This document shows positions 12,316 to 22,916 of a stretch of 64,000 nt of DNA, piece after piece. Under the pieces are notes generated by a model. The model had not been told where the DNA came from, did not search any database, and worked only from the letters and a program-made list of their open reading frames with translations. The position numbers and the translations under genes were made by a program. Each line of letters begins with the position of its first letter. Position 1 is the first letter of the stretch. Location: NCBI GenBank assembly GCA_030390025.1, contig CM059431.1, positions 105,588,001 to 105,652,000 on the forward strand. The letters are read 5' to 3'. This DNA is from Squalus acanthias (lineage: Eukaryota).

Positions 12316-13778
12316 TGTAAGGGGTGGCGGTTTGTGTCAGCTTCACCTCTGACCTCTGAGCGGTTCAAATCGCTCCCACTCCCTTGGTTCAAGACCTTGG
12401 ACTTATTTGGGGGTTGTGTCAAAAGGTGCAGCAGACAACTGAGTTTGATGATAGAACTTCAATCTTTATTAAAAAGTAAGACACAAATAATAACACTCTT
12501 AATACTCTAAAGGTGGGGAACACTTCAGTACAAGCGAGGGAAATGACAGCAGAACAATACTTCACCCCTCCCAACCCCACTTTACTAGCTAAGTTAGGTT
12601 TTGAAGGACCAGGGATAATGCTCACCAATCCTTTGACAGTTGGGCTAAATCACGGTTTTGGGGTTCGCTGTTTATGGTGGTTAGTGTCTGCCGTACCCCG
12701 TACGCGGTAGAGGACTTCACCTGCGTATCTGGTCAGTCTTCGCGAGTCCGCTGATGCGGTAGGATGTCGTTTTGGATTTATCTGGTGAGTACCCAATTTC
12801 TTTGGTTTAGCAGTAGGGTTTAGAGTCTTTGGGGAAAATCTTACCCAGGGGTAAGTCAGGAGTAGATTGTAGAGTGGAAACTTTGCGGTTGTTCGGGTTT
12901 TCTTCCCTTGAGTTGGTCTTTGTTGGTCGCGGTGGCCTGCGATTACCCGGTCCATTGGGGGTAATATGCGATTGTTGGTTTCTTGAGGCCTTTGGTTTCC
13001 GTGATGGTTGTAGGCCTTGTCTAGTGTGTCGGTCGACCTCGTGGAGCCGTCGGTGACTTGTTGCTCCGGGTTGGGACCGTTGTTGAAGGTCTGTTGAGCT
13101 GGTATCTTCACGAGCTGGACTCAGATGTATCTGAGTGGTGAGTGATGCCGACTCGCTTCCAGCTCGGCTTGTCTTCTTCCTTGTTTCTTCTGATGACCAC
13201 ACTGAACTGCTTAACGGGCCTTCAATTATACTGAATTGAAGTGGCCTTATCTACCCGCCAAATCTACTCAGTTCTGTGTCTGGTTTTGGCGGGCCTGTTA
13301 CCAGTAACTGCTCTAAGTGTCAAATGGCTTTTGGGATGGCTTGCATCCTGTCAATCTCCTTGATTGATCACTGGTGATTGATTTTGTGTTTGGGTTTCTA
13401 GGCTGGACTCGGTCTTTCTATAGAATGGTCCTGAGTGGGTTTTATTATGCATGTTTCTGATGGGCCCTGTATTTTGGGTGGGACTGTCTTCTCCCAGGGT
13501 CTATTGTTCAAATGTTAATGTCTGCTGGGGCTTGATTGAGGTCATCCCGGTTCCCCAGACAGTGTAATTAACTGCAATAGCCAAACTGCTTTTACAGAGG
13601 TCGAACCCATCTCCTTGTCCCTTTACAGGCCCAGACATGGTTTTAAAATGCCAAAACTTGGTTTTTGGTCTGATATTCCTTAGGTTAGGCCCAAATGCAT
13701 TTTTATCACTCTGAGGTAGTTCCAAAGTCCTTTTTTTCCCTTAGGTTTTTGGGATCTGCAAATTTTGGAAACCTTACA
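12316..13778 (-). mobile_element. Solo LTR of an unrelated LTR element (ERV or gypsy)
   Basis: Termini TGTAAGG...CCTTACA; perfect 4-bp TSD GGTG (12312-12315, 13779-13782); minus-strand TATAA at about 13226-13230 and AATAAA at 12465-12470. Confidence 0.8.
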
Positions 13779-13971
13779 GGTGCAAGTAAAGTGATTTAAT
13801 TTGATCTGTCCAACGTTTGCAGATCAAATGCACCATTTCTTTCTCATTTGTTTATATTTCCAAATGAACCAGTAGATACATCACTTGAAATGAAAGGACT
13901 ATATGGTTAAATTGAAGCACTAAAGTGGCCTTTGGGCCATTCCTGGCTGGAATTTTATAAAACTCAAATCA

Positions 13972-14103
13972 GGGTAGATTTTCAACTTGCCACCTGTTCA
14001 AACAGTTGGCATTGTGGATCAGCCGCTAGTTATAGTTTCTACAATGATGCGGTCGATCCGCAAGGCCAGTTTCACACTCAGGTGACAAGTTGAAAATCTA
14101 CCC
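13972..14103. mobile_element. Small MITE with ~25-bp TIRs
   Basis: gggtagattttcaacttgccacctg ... caggtgacaagttgaaaatctaccc. Confidence 0.8.
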
Positions 14104-14213
14104 CATTGTTTTGTGATGTTGAAAAATCTAGGTGAAGACCAGGCTTTTCATGGTTCAAGGCCAGGAATAACAGAAAGGTTGGGCAGAGTGGGAGAGGCAA
14201 CAAAGTAAATCAA

Positions 14214-14354
14214 CACAAAAGCAAAATACTGCGGATGCTGGAAATCTGAAATAGAAACAGAAAATGCTGGAAATACTGAACAGGTCAGGCAGCATCTGTG
14301 GAGAGAGAAACCGAGTTAAGGTTTCAGGTCGATTACCTTTTTCCAGTTCTGACG
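14214..14354 (-). mobile_element. Penelope-like pLTR fragment with a short inverted end
   Basis: Homologous to 39370-39480 in reverse; 12-bp TSD aaagtaaatcaa (14202-14213, 14355-14366). Confidence 0.7.
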
Positions 14355-15137
14355 AAAGTAAATCAAGACATGGCGGTTATGTGATATTAGGCTTCATTAT
14401 TGAAAGTCTGTGGATTGAAAGACTATGAGAGTTAAGCAGTATTGAGATCCTGAGAAACAATGATTTAAGAATAGGAGATGGTGGAAAGAGTTTTAACATC
14501 TATAATGAACAAGTCATGATAGCATAATGGAAGCTCGAGAGAAATAAGAATGTTCAGAAGAGCTACTTTAGGAGTATTGCTATATATAGTGAGAGATTAT
14601 ATAAGGTGTAATGGGAGAGAGGTGTTGAAGGCAAGAGGTGAGAGTGTGAAGGAATAAGCCATATAACCTATTCAGAAAAATACACTATCTTATGAAAGAA
14701 TTCTGGCCTTATTAAAACATGACAAACTGGGTTTGGACATTTAGAAACCTAACTATGAAATAGCTATGAAAGCATTCTGGCTATTGAGATAAGATAGTTG
14801 TTGTCCCTGAAAAAATAGCCTTATTGAAACAGAAGGTGAAGGGCTCCGACAGGCTGACCTTTTGGGAACAAAACAATGGTCACCCTGGATAAGGTGTTCT
14901 AATTTAAACTTCGTAAAGATAGCACATAAGATAAGGAACATCTGCCCTCGTAAAGATGACAAAGTAAGGAACTCCTGCCGTCACACCGTTTTTATATGGT
15001 AAACTTAGAACACCTAGAGATGAGACAAGATTCTGGCTGAGGTGACTGTAAGAGTTGCAGAGGTCGGCAGAAAAATGACTAGAGATAATTAGCTTGTATC
15101 AGCAGAAAACCTTAAAGGAAATACCTCTGGAAAAGGG

Positions 15138-15143
15138 TATAAA
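15138..15143 (+). promoter_or_regulatory. LTR TATA box
   Basis: gggTATAAAtattgaa is conserved in the solo LTR (2581). Confidence 0.7.
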
Positions 15144-15430
15144 TATTGAACTCTCAAATGGGATAACAGACTCGCTTTAATCGGGCAAAGCGATTCTCGG
15201 CTTCAGAGGCGGCTCTGTAGTCTACCACTTTTTTGTACCTCGGGGATCAAATGTATTTGATATTGATGGATATCCTGTATAGAGAAATTTAAGAACTGTA
15301 ATACTGTAGCGAAGTCAAGATTTAAAAGTAAGATTCTCTGTTAATAATAAGATAGCATTTTTTCTCTTTTTAGAACGGTTAATCTTGCAATTGACTGATT
15401 CACCAACTGTAAATTGCATGTCAGTTCTTT

Positions 15431-15436
15431 AATAAA
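15431..15436 (+). terminator. LTR polyadenylation signal (candidate)
   Basis: AATAAA conserved in both LTRs (2871); an ATTAAA further downstream is an alternative. Confidence 0.55.
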
Positions 15437-15779
15437 TCTATATATTTTTAGAATTGTCTCAAGACTTCTGTATCAAAAACTCGCAAACTCAATCTCTGTA
15501 CACTCTTTGGTGAGGAGTTGCAGAATTCTGAGGGAGTTTTTCCGGACCCTCATAATATCTGGGACGTTACAGTCTAGCTAAACTTATTAAAAGTGCTATC
15601 TGGAGGATGGTAACATTCTTGGGTTGTTCCTTTAGGGAGAGATAGCCCGGACCTTTAGACACGATTAAGCATCTTTAGGACTTGGCTACCTCAAACTTTA
15701 GTTGAAAGTGAACGTCTGAGAAATACACCTGATCCAGGGTAGCCCTAAAGGGGCTAGGACTAGTAAATATCCCTTCAGT

Positions 15780-15797
15780 TGGTGACCAATGTGTGTG
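15780..15797 (+). promoter_or_regulatory. Primer binding site, degenerate tRNA-Lys1,2
   Basis: TGGTGACCAATGTGTGTG lies 2 nt after the LTR CA; 12/18 match to TGGCGCCCAACGTGGGGC, and two mismatches are CpG to TpG. Confidence 0.75.
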
Positions 15798-16089
15798 TCA
15801 ATGAGTTGATACAGAACCCTACACTTATATTTATAGCTATATCCATCTCGTAGATTGTTAAGTATAGAAGGAATGTTTTACTGACAGTGGTACTACGACC
15901 CAGATTTAAGTCTCTAGAGATGACAAGTCCCTGATCAGGCCTTATATGACTTAAATCAGAACTCCCTCAATATACCATTGAGGTCTAGAAATTTCTTATA
16001 AAGTTCATACTAAATCCTAACTGAGGTTAGGTCCTGACGAAATGGCAAACCCTGTTGGAATTGGCCAAGTCTTTTTATTAGGAAATTCA

Positions 16090-16576
16090 AACAATTGCTA
16101 CCATCAAGTCATTTACTGTGATGGATCATCAATGACAATTAAAAAAGGGACATCCCAACAATCCTGGGATGGGGATAGTAGTAGGGACTTTGAGATTCCT
16201 ATTCTTTTTATCCAGGAGAATTACTGTCCATACCCCTTGGCCATAAGACAGCACCATATGCTGAAGCCGCAGCACTACGTATGCTTTAGAAAAGGCAGAC
16301 CCTATTAAACCCACTTTAATCTGTACAGATAGTGATAATTGTAAAAGAGGATATAACCAAGATCTAGTTTTCTGGGAACAAACAAACTTTACCAATCATA
16401 AGGGTAAACCCATAAAACATAAGTCATTGTGGAAAGACATTCTCCGTTCAAGGATGGAGAAACAGAATTGTCAGGTGATTCATGTAAACGGGCATACCAC
16501 TGGGACAGTACACTCAAAAGGAAACAGTCTTGCAGACGAACAAGCGAAACGTTCGGTCTGCATGACACCCCCTTGA
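16090..16576 (+). pseudogene. pol: Foamy-like Pol RNase H domain, frameshifted
   Basis: VIYCDGSS, NPGMGIVVG, SIPLGHKTAPYAEAAAL, ALEKA, ICTDS, FTNHKGKPIKHKSLWKDI, HVNGH, HSKGNSLADEQA; these parallel PFV FYTDGSA, NAGMGIV, SIPLGNHTAQMAEIAAV, ITDS, KKPLKHISKWK, GNALAD. Confidence 0.9.
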
Positions 16577-17735
16577 GAGTGGCCTGCCAATATTAGTGTT
16601 ATCACTAGGGCAGAACGGGCAGCTAATCAAGAGGAGGAACTGATTCAGCTATTAGACCCAACAAAAGAGAATCCACCAGGATATCCGTCAAAGTACTTTT
16701 ACTCGGAAACCCCTACTGGTATTGTGCTAGTTAAGTTGCCCAAGGGAAACCGAGAGGTACCCACAAGACACAAACGAGAACAGCTTGTAAAAGAAGCTCA
16801 CGAGGGCATAGGTCAAGCATATTGTGGTGCCAAAACAACATTCTGCAAATTGACTCCCTTATATTGGTGGCCAGGTATGCTTAAGGCCTGTAAAACATAC
16901 ATGGCAAATTGTGAGCCATGCAATTTAACCAATAAGTTATCTCTAATTAAGCCATCACCATTGGCTCCTGTGAAAGCTGATGAACCAATGGGAAAATTCT
17001 TTATTGACTTCATTGGACCACTTCCCCCGTCTTTGGGATTCAGACATGTTCTCGTTTGTGTAGATGGATGCACTTCCTTCTGCTGGCTGGTTCCCACAAA
17101 AACTGTTTCAGAAAACGTACTCGCCAATGCTATTACTGACATAATTACTGTAGCTGGTGCACCCAAAATCTTACACTCCGTTAAAGGCGGAGCCTTTGTC
17201 TCCAAGCTCTTCAAAGACTACTGCGAACAAAGGGGGATTGGGTTAGAGCATAACACACCACGTCATCCACAATCAGCAGGGGCTGGTGGAACGTTAAAAA
17301 CCAGGAAGTAAAAAAGCTATTGGTCAAACTGTTGAGAATCAGGGGAAATAAGTGGACCACCGTCATGCCGGAGGTACAGCTATCACTTAATAATGTGCCT
17401 GCATCTGCATCAGGGACAGTGTCCCCTAAAACTCCATATTATCTGATGTATGGGGTTGAGATGCATACACTGCTTACCCATGGTTCTTTTATTGCCTCTA
17501 CACTCTCTGATTCCTTGACCCGACAGCGACAGTTAGATTTTAAAAAAGTAACAGAGGAGATACATCAAACTGCTCAGAGGATAAGGGAGACAAATAGGCA
17601 GAAAAAATTGACAAACAAAGTATTGCAACCCCTAGCAGGAGGATGGGTGCAGGAAAAGAAGTTCGAGCAAAAACCTGGTTTAAGACCCAAGTGGAAAAAA
17701 CCTGTTCAAATACGTTCCATTATTAACGAAAGAAC
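16577..17735 (+). pseudogene. pol: Foamy-like integrase (NED, HHCC, core, part of CTD), disrupted
   Basis: ELIQLL..PGYPSKYFY, LYWWPGM, CEPC, KFFIDFIGPLPPSLG, VLVCVDG, HS(V)KGGAF, TPRHPQSAG/LVERKN after two +1 shifts at about 17280-17296, VQLSLNN, WVQEK..LRPKWKKP. Confidence 0.93.
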
Positions 17736-17837
17736 TAGGATTCGGCTACCTCAAACTTTAGTTGAAAGTGAAAGTCTGAGAAATACGCCTGATCTGGGGC
17801 AGCCCTAACAGGGTTAGGACTAGTAAATATCCCTTCA
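17736..17837 (+). repeat. 3' LTR remnant (U5 end only)
   Basis: 102 bp matching 15676-15777, with 10 mismatches by manual count. Confidence 0.9.
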
Positions 17838-18072
17838 AGAGAAGATTGGCTGGCAGATGACGAGCTTTCTCTTGTATCCTGTCGAGGAGTGCTGGAGTAG
17901 AACTGGAAGAACCTCTCCAAATATGGAAGCAGGATGGATGGACTTTATAGAGAAGTAGGAATTCTTCAACAGAAAAGAAATTTTTAAGCACTTAGAGGAA
18001 AGCAAGTTTCTTGGAGGCAACTTTAGCCATGGAGGAGATAAGGGGGTTTCAATTATATGGGGAGAAACTTAT

Positions 18073-18957
18073 AAGCCGCGATTTTGCCAGCGCTCAGAGG
18101 GCGAGTTTGGAGGCGGGTCAGAGGTTAAAGTCATTTTGATTGACGGCGGGTTTCGCACCCACCATCAACCTGCCTCCAAACAACCTTCCCAAGTGTCGGG
18201 TCCCCAATTTGCGAATGGACCAGACACCGAACGGCAGGAAATGGATTAAAGGCAATTAACTGCCCATTACCAGGTACTTAACAGTAGTGTTCAGCCTGTT
18301 TTTCGATCTTCCCACTTCTGGGTCGGGTTTCACGATGTCCGGACACCACACCAGGTAAGTGTAGCGTATTGCGAGTCTGGTCTCATGTTTGTGAAAAGAT
18401 GACAGCTGCAGAAGTGGTGTGAAGGATGCAATGTTGCACATGGTGAGTTTCAGAGCAAAGAAAATGTTGGTTACTGCATTTTTAATACATATACAGATTT
18501 CTTTAGCTTACAAGTTTTTAAATCCAACTGTATGTCCAGTGCCACCTCATTGGAACAACCTCTCTCACCAGTGACAGATCGCTTCTGTCATCTCACCTGC
18601 AGCTGCCATCTATTCCAGCATATGGAGGGAGTCATTGGAGAGCCTGAGTGCAAGAGTTCACCTTTGTGCAGTGATTGTCAGTGTTTTCAGCACCTCAATG
18701 CTGTCAAACACTGAAAAATCAACTATCAAAATAAAATTGTGCGTGGTCCCTTTAAGGAAACCGGCAGATGATGCATCATCAAATGACATCGTCAGACCCG
18801 CTTCCTGTTAATTGGTCGGTAACCCCGCAGGGCTGGCTCAACAAGGTCAATCAAGGGAAAATCACGTTTGTGCAGCGGAGGCAGCTGGGGGATGGGACTG
18901 GAAGCCGGAAACCAGCTGACCCGCACCCATCCTGACACCGAGGCGAAAATCGTGGCC
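18073..18957 (+). mobile_element. Harbinger-type MITE (copy in opposite orientation at about 46670-47530)
   Basis: TIRs gccgcgattttgcc / ggcgaaaatcgtggc; shares internal ctcaccagtgacagatcgcttctg. Confidence 0.7.
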
Positions 18958-21900
18958 AAAATCTCTGTAAAAGACTTGCATTTATATAGCACCTTTCACG
19001 ACCACCTGACGTCTCAAAGCGCTTTACAGCCAATGAAGTAGAGTCACTGTTGTAATGTGGGAAATGTGGCAGCCAATTCGCGCACAGCAAGCTCCCACAA
19101 ACAGTAATGTGATAATGACCGGATAGTCTGAGAGATAGTAGCTGTCAACTTGGAAAAGGACACCCGAGTAATTAAATATCCATATTGCACAGAGACAGAA
19201 AGGTTTAGGATTCTACTGAATTGTTCTGTCTGAAGTCTCACTTTTAACATCCTGCACTAACAGAAACAAACAAGAAAAATGTCTACCTTATTTGAGCTGT
19301 CTAATAACTGAAGCCCGCGGCTATGCCAGAAGACTGCAGCTTCACACTGGAGTATGCTCTTGCAGTAGTTTGCTGCTTTCAGTCTGTCTGCCTGCCTGCT
19401 GTACATTACTGAGAGATGGCTGAGAACTTTGCGCTCCGGAAATCTACATGCCAGGAATTATGGGAAAGAGCATGTGGCTCTGTCAACATCTGCCGCGTCC
19501 CAACGGTACGAGCACAAAATGCGTCTCACCTTCACCAGCTGTGGTCTAACAACGACTGCAATTAAAAGGAGGCAGGAATACTGCCCTAAGGCAACTTCGC
19601 GAGGTAAGAGTTTCAGACTAGTCTCCAGCACATTGCGAAAGATGAACAATAGTGCTTATTGATAGAGCAAGCAGCTTCATTCCCTTATCAGATTGAACCA
19701 TACTTATTTTTATTTTTATTTCGGACTTTATTAAACTATTAGCCGTTGCCAACTATCAAATAATGTTCGTCAAAGAGTGACAAATCTCCTTCGGAATAGT
19801 ATACAAAGTGCTGTTTTCCCCTGCAGCTTGAAAGGAATGATGTTAGACTTCACTTTCTATTAAACTATCAGCCACTCCAAGTAATTAGTAGCACGTTTCT
19901 GAAGAGTGAAAACACTTCCGTCTTACCAGCATCTGGAAGCTTTTAATTAGCTCTAACCTTCAATTGTAGTCCTTCAAACATTCAACAGTTAAACTTTTTT
20001 TTGAGGAGAAAATGCCCCAAGTCACTGTCTTTTTCCGTCTTATTCAACACAATTTGGGGACTCCATTGCGCAGTAAGGTTGTCGCCAGCATTGGCTCGGG
20101 ATGGGTACCAGGGAGTACAGTGACTTCCTGCCAACTCTACTTTTAATGAACATATAGCTGGTGTTACATTATAAAGAATTCGGTTTGATTAGTTGGATGT
20201 AGTCTCCGGGTTCTTTGGACACAACACTCTGCTCTTGTCTGTTGCTGGAAAATTGACTTGTTCGAGAGGTTCCAATGAGGAGTGACAAGTATGACTCTGA
20301 GTGAGTAAAAGAGATTTGCAAAACCTCACATGTTCATTGGAGAAAGAAAGATCGAGAGGAGAGCTGAGAGATATAATTTTTTTTAAATGGTGAGAGGAAT
20401 TGATAATCTAAGTGTAACCAAGTTATATAACGTGCAATGTGAGCACACAAAGACACAAGATAATAGTATAACATTTACAAGCTTCAACTAAAACTCGAGA
20501 TTACAGGATTTTCCCCCACAGTGCATATGATCAACAGACTCCCAGCATAATCTGTTGTGAAGGAATACAAACTATTGTACACTGATTGATTCACATAGAA
20601 TTTCAAACTGACTTCACAAACTTAAGAGTATTATACAAATATCAGAAAACGGTAGCGCTATCCCGGCCAGATATTATTCACTCATTCTAAAATCCAAGGT
20701 ATTGCAGTCGGTAAAGTCCTTATTGCATTTACTTTGTTACAAAAAGAATATTCAGCACCGGCAAATCTTGAAGTACAAATAATAAGGTATCTACCAGATG
20801 GCTGTGGGTTTAAGTCCCAGGGCTGCCTGTCAATCAAGCCGCCTGCCAATGTTGTGAATGAGTTTCATCTGCGCTCAGCTGGGCTGTTAAGTGGTGAGCC
20901 GTGGCACTTATTATTTGAAAGCGCTGGGTATTTAACCAGGGTAATTCAATGAGATTGGACATCTTGTTTATACCGACGCTCGAGGGGAACTGTGGAGTTG
21001 GGTTTCATAGGATAATATTGGACAGACATTTACCAGCCAGTATGTGTATATTTTCACTACAGAGTGTATATATTTCACTGTACACTCCATATATCTCAGC
21101 ACGCAACAGACATTTCATTACAGATAAATATTTCAAACACCTTCTCGAAGCAACATATACTTACGAGAAGGGATTGCAAAATTATATTCAAGGCTTTTTC
21201 CAAAGGATTGTATTGATATTTCATTAGAGATTTTTTTACATCATGCCAATTCACTAATAAACTAACCAAAACACAGCATCATGTGTTAACCATTCAAATA
21301 CTAAATTCACTTCGCAGCTTTGAATTATGCGCATCATTGTCTGTCTGCAAAACAGACTTTAAAATTCTCAAACTGAATGTCATTAAACAGAATTATAAAA
21401 ACAAGGGTGAAATGTTTATATCTCAAGCAGCAGCTGATCAAAAAATTGTCGTCGGAAAGACACTCACCAACCTTGTAATGAAATGAGGAGCAGCTTGGGC
21501 CACTCCTTGAGGAGAAGACTTTGTGGCCACGTTCACTGCAGACTTGACTGGAGTTGCGTCTCCATCAGTAGATCAGGCGCATCTCCAGTCAGACTGACGG
21601 TGGCCATGAATTCATCTCTGGAAAGATTCAGCTAAAGCATATCTCCTCAATTCAACATGAAGCTAGTGAGCCCCTCGCCTCTCCGATACAGCACTAACAA
21701 AACAAGCTCTCGTTGGTAACATTGATATTATTGGATATGCTTTGACGCAATAAGTCACAATATGGAAGCTGCCACGAAACAGCACTGATGTAGCACCAAA
21801 ATTTTTTAGTTTTCCTTCAAAATTGATTTGCAATGTCATTGCTACATTGCTGTGGCCAGCAATCTCATCTTTCAGACTGCAGATTGGCTTGAGTCAAGGC

Positions 21901-22916
21901 TGCCTCTTTTATTAATCTTCATCATAGAAATGGTATTTGCAATGAAAACCAGCTCACATTAATAGCATTTAAAGTGTTTTCCGGCCTCATAACATTAAGT
22001 TTCAAAACATGCCTCTCCTGTCTGATCCTCATAATCCGTTGCATTATCATAAAGTACAAGACAAACTACATCGTAAATATATTTTATCATTGGGTTTCCA
22101 TAGATTGCATGTAAACCATTTAAAAATTAAACCCTCTTGCAAAGTTTCTTCCGTTAATGCGAGCACAGAATTTATTGATCCCAATTTTTTAGCAGTCTAG
22201 AAAGAATGTGTGCTAACTGAGATATTTTATCAATGTAGAGTTAGAGGTATTTATACAATGAGTGAAACTGAATACACCAGCGACAAACATGAACATATAT
22301 TGGGGGGAAAGTTGAGGCGTCCTGCCCAGTGCAAATGGGGTGGTAGCACCCCGAAAATTATATGTCAGAGCACAACCCCCTGTTCCCCCCTGTCACTCTG
22401 ACCATCACCATTTTTCCAGAGCTCCCAGAATTTTAGGTATTTAAATTGGGGTCCCATGGCACCAATGGGGCCTCAATGCAATGTTAGGATTCCGGGCTCT
22501 ACAAAAATAACCTGGGCCACTGCTGTACCGGGTCGCCTCCCTGCCCCACCACTCCGGAACACAGACCCCCTTTCGCCTGATCTTCTTTCAGGCCCTGGTG
22601 GCGCTCACTTCCCATCACCCAGCCCCTTGTTAACTGTGGCCCGGGATACAAAATGGACCGGGCCTCCCGTCACCACTATCGGTCGGCTGGCTGGATAGTG
22701 CGCTCTGCCACCACCGCCCAAAAAAACAAAACCACACGGAAGAAAAATCTACCCCGTTGTACGAGGTTTAGATCAAGTGAGTTATATAAACATTGCCTCA
22801 GGCTGGGACCACGTGACACTCTGTTCATACAATAGGTAAGCGTATGGGGCGGAATATTACGCACAAGTGTTGTGCCCTTGTGACTGAATATAGCGTTCCT
22901 TTCGGCTTGCTGATTA

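Larger units (their letters stand above)
14645..15777 (+). repeat. 5' LTR of the foamy-like provirus (~1.13 kb)
   Basis: Homologous to 2312-3230 and 17736-17837; TATAAA at 15138, AATAAA at 15431; ends ccttCA before the PBS. Confidence 0.9.
14645..17837 (+). mobile_element. Endogenous foamy virus (spumaretrovirus-like) provirus, internally deleted
   Basis: TG...CA termini; TSD AGAG (14641-14644, 17838-17841); structure is LTR, PBS, leader, RNase H-IN, 3' LTR remnant. Confidence 0.9.

Noticed and set aside
12650..13202. ORFs of 153 and 131 aa as viral accessory genes
   Set aside because: They are overlapping, compositionally biased frames inside an unrelated LTR, with non-ATG starts and no recognisable motif
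2312..15777. The two long LTRs as the 5' and 3' ends of one 13-kb provirus
   Set aside because: The first LTR has no PBS and has contiguous LINE sequence on both sides; the second is followed by a PBS and pairs by TSD with 17837; nothing viral lies between them
16724..17808. Functional or domesticated integrase gene
   Set aside because: Upstream in-frame stop, two frameshifts, catalytic Asp changed to Val, zinc His changed to Tyr, and a C-terminus that runs into the LTR
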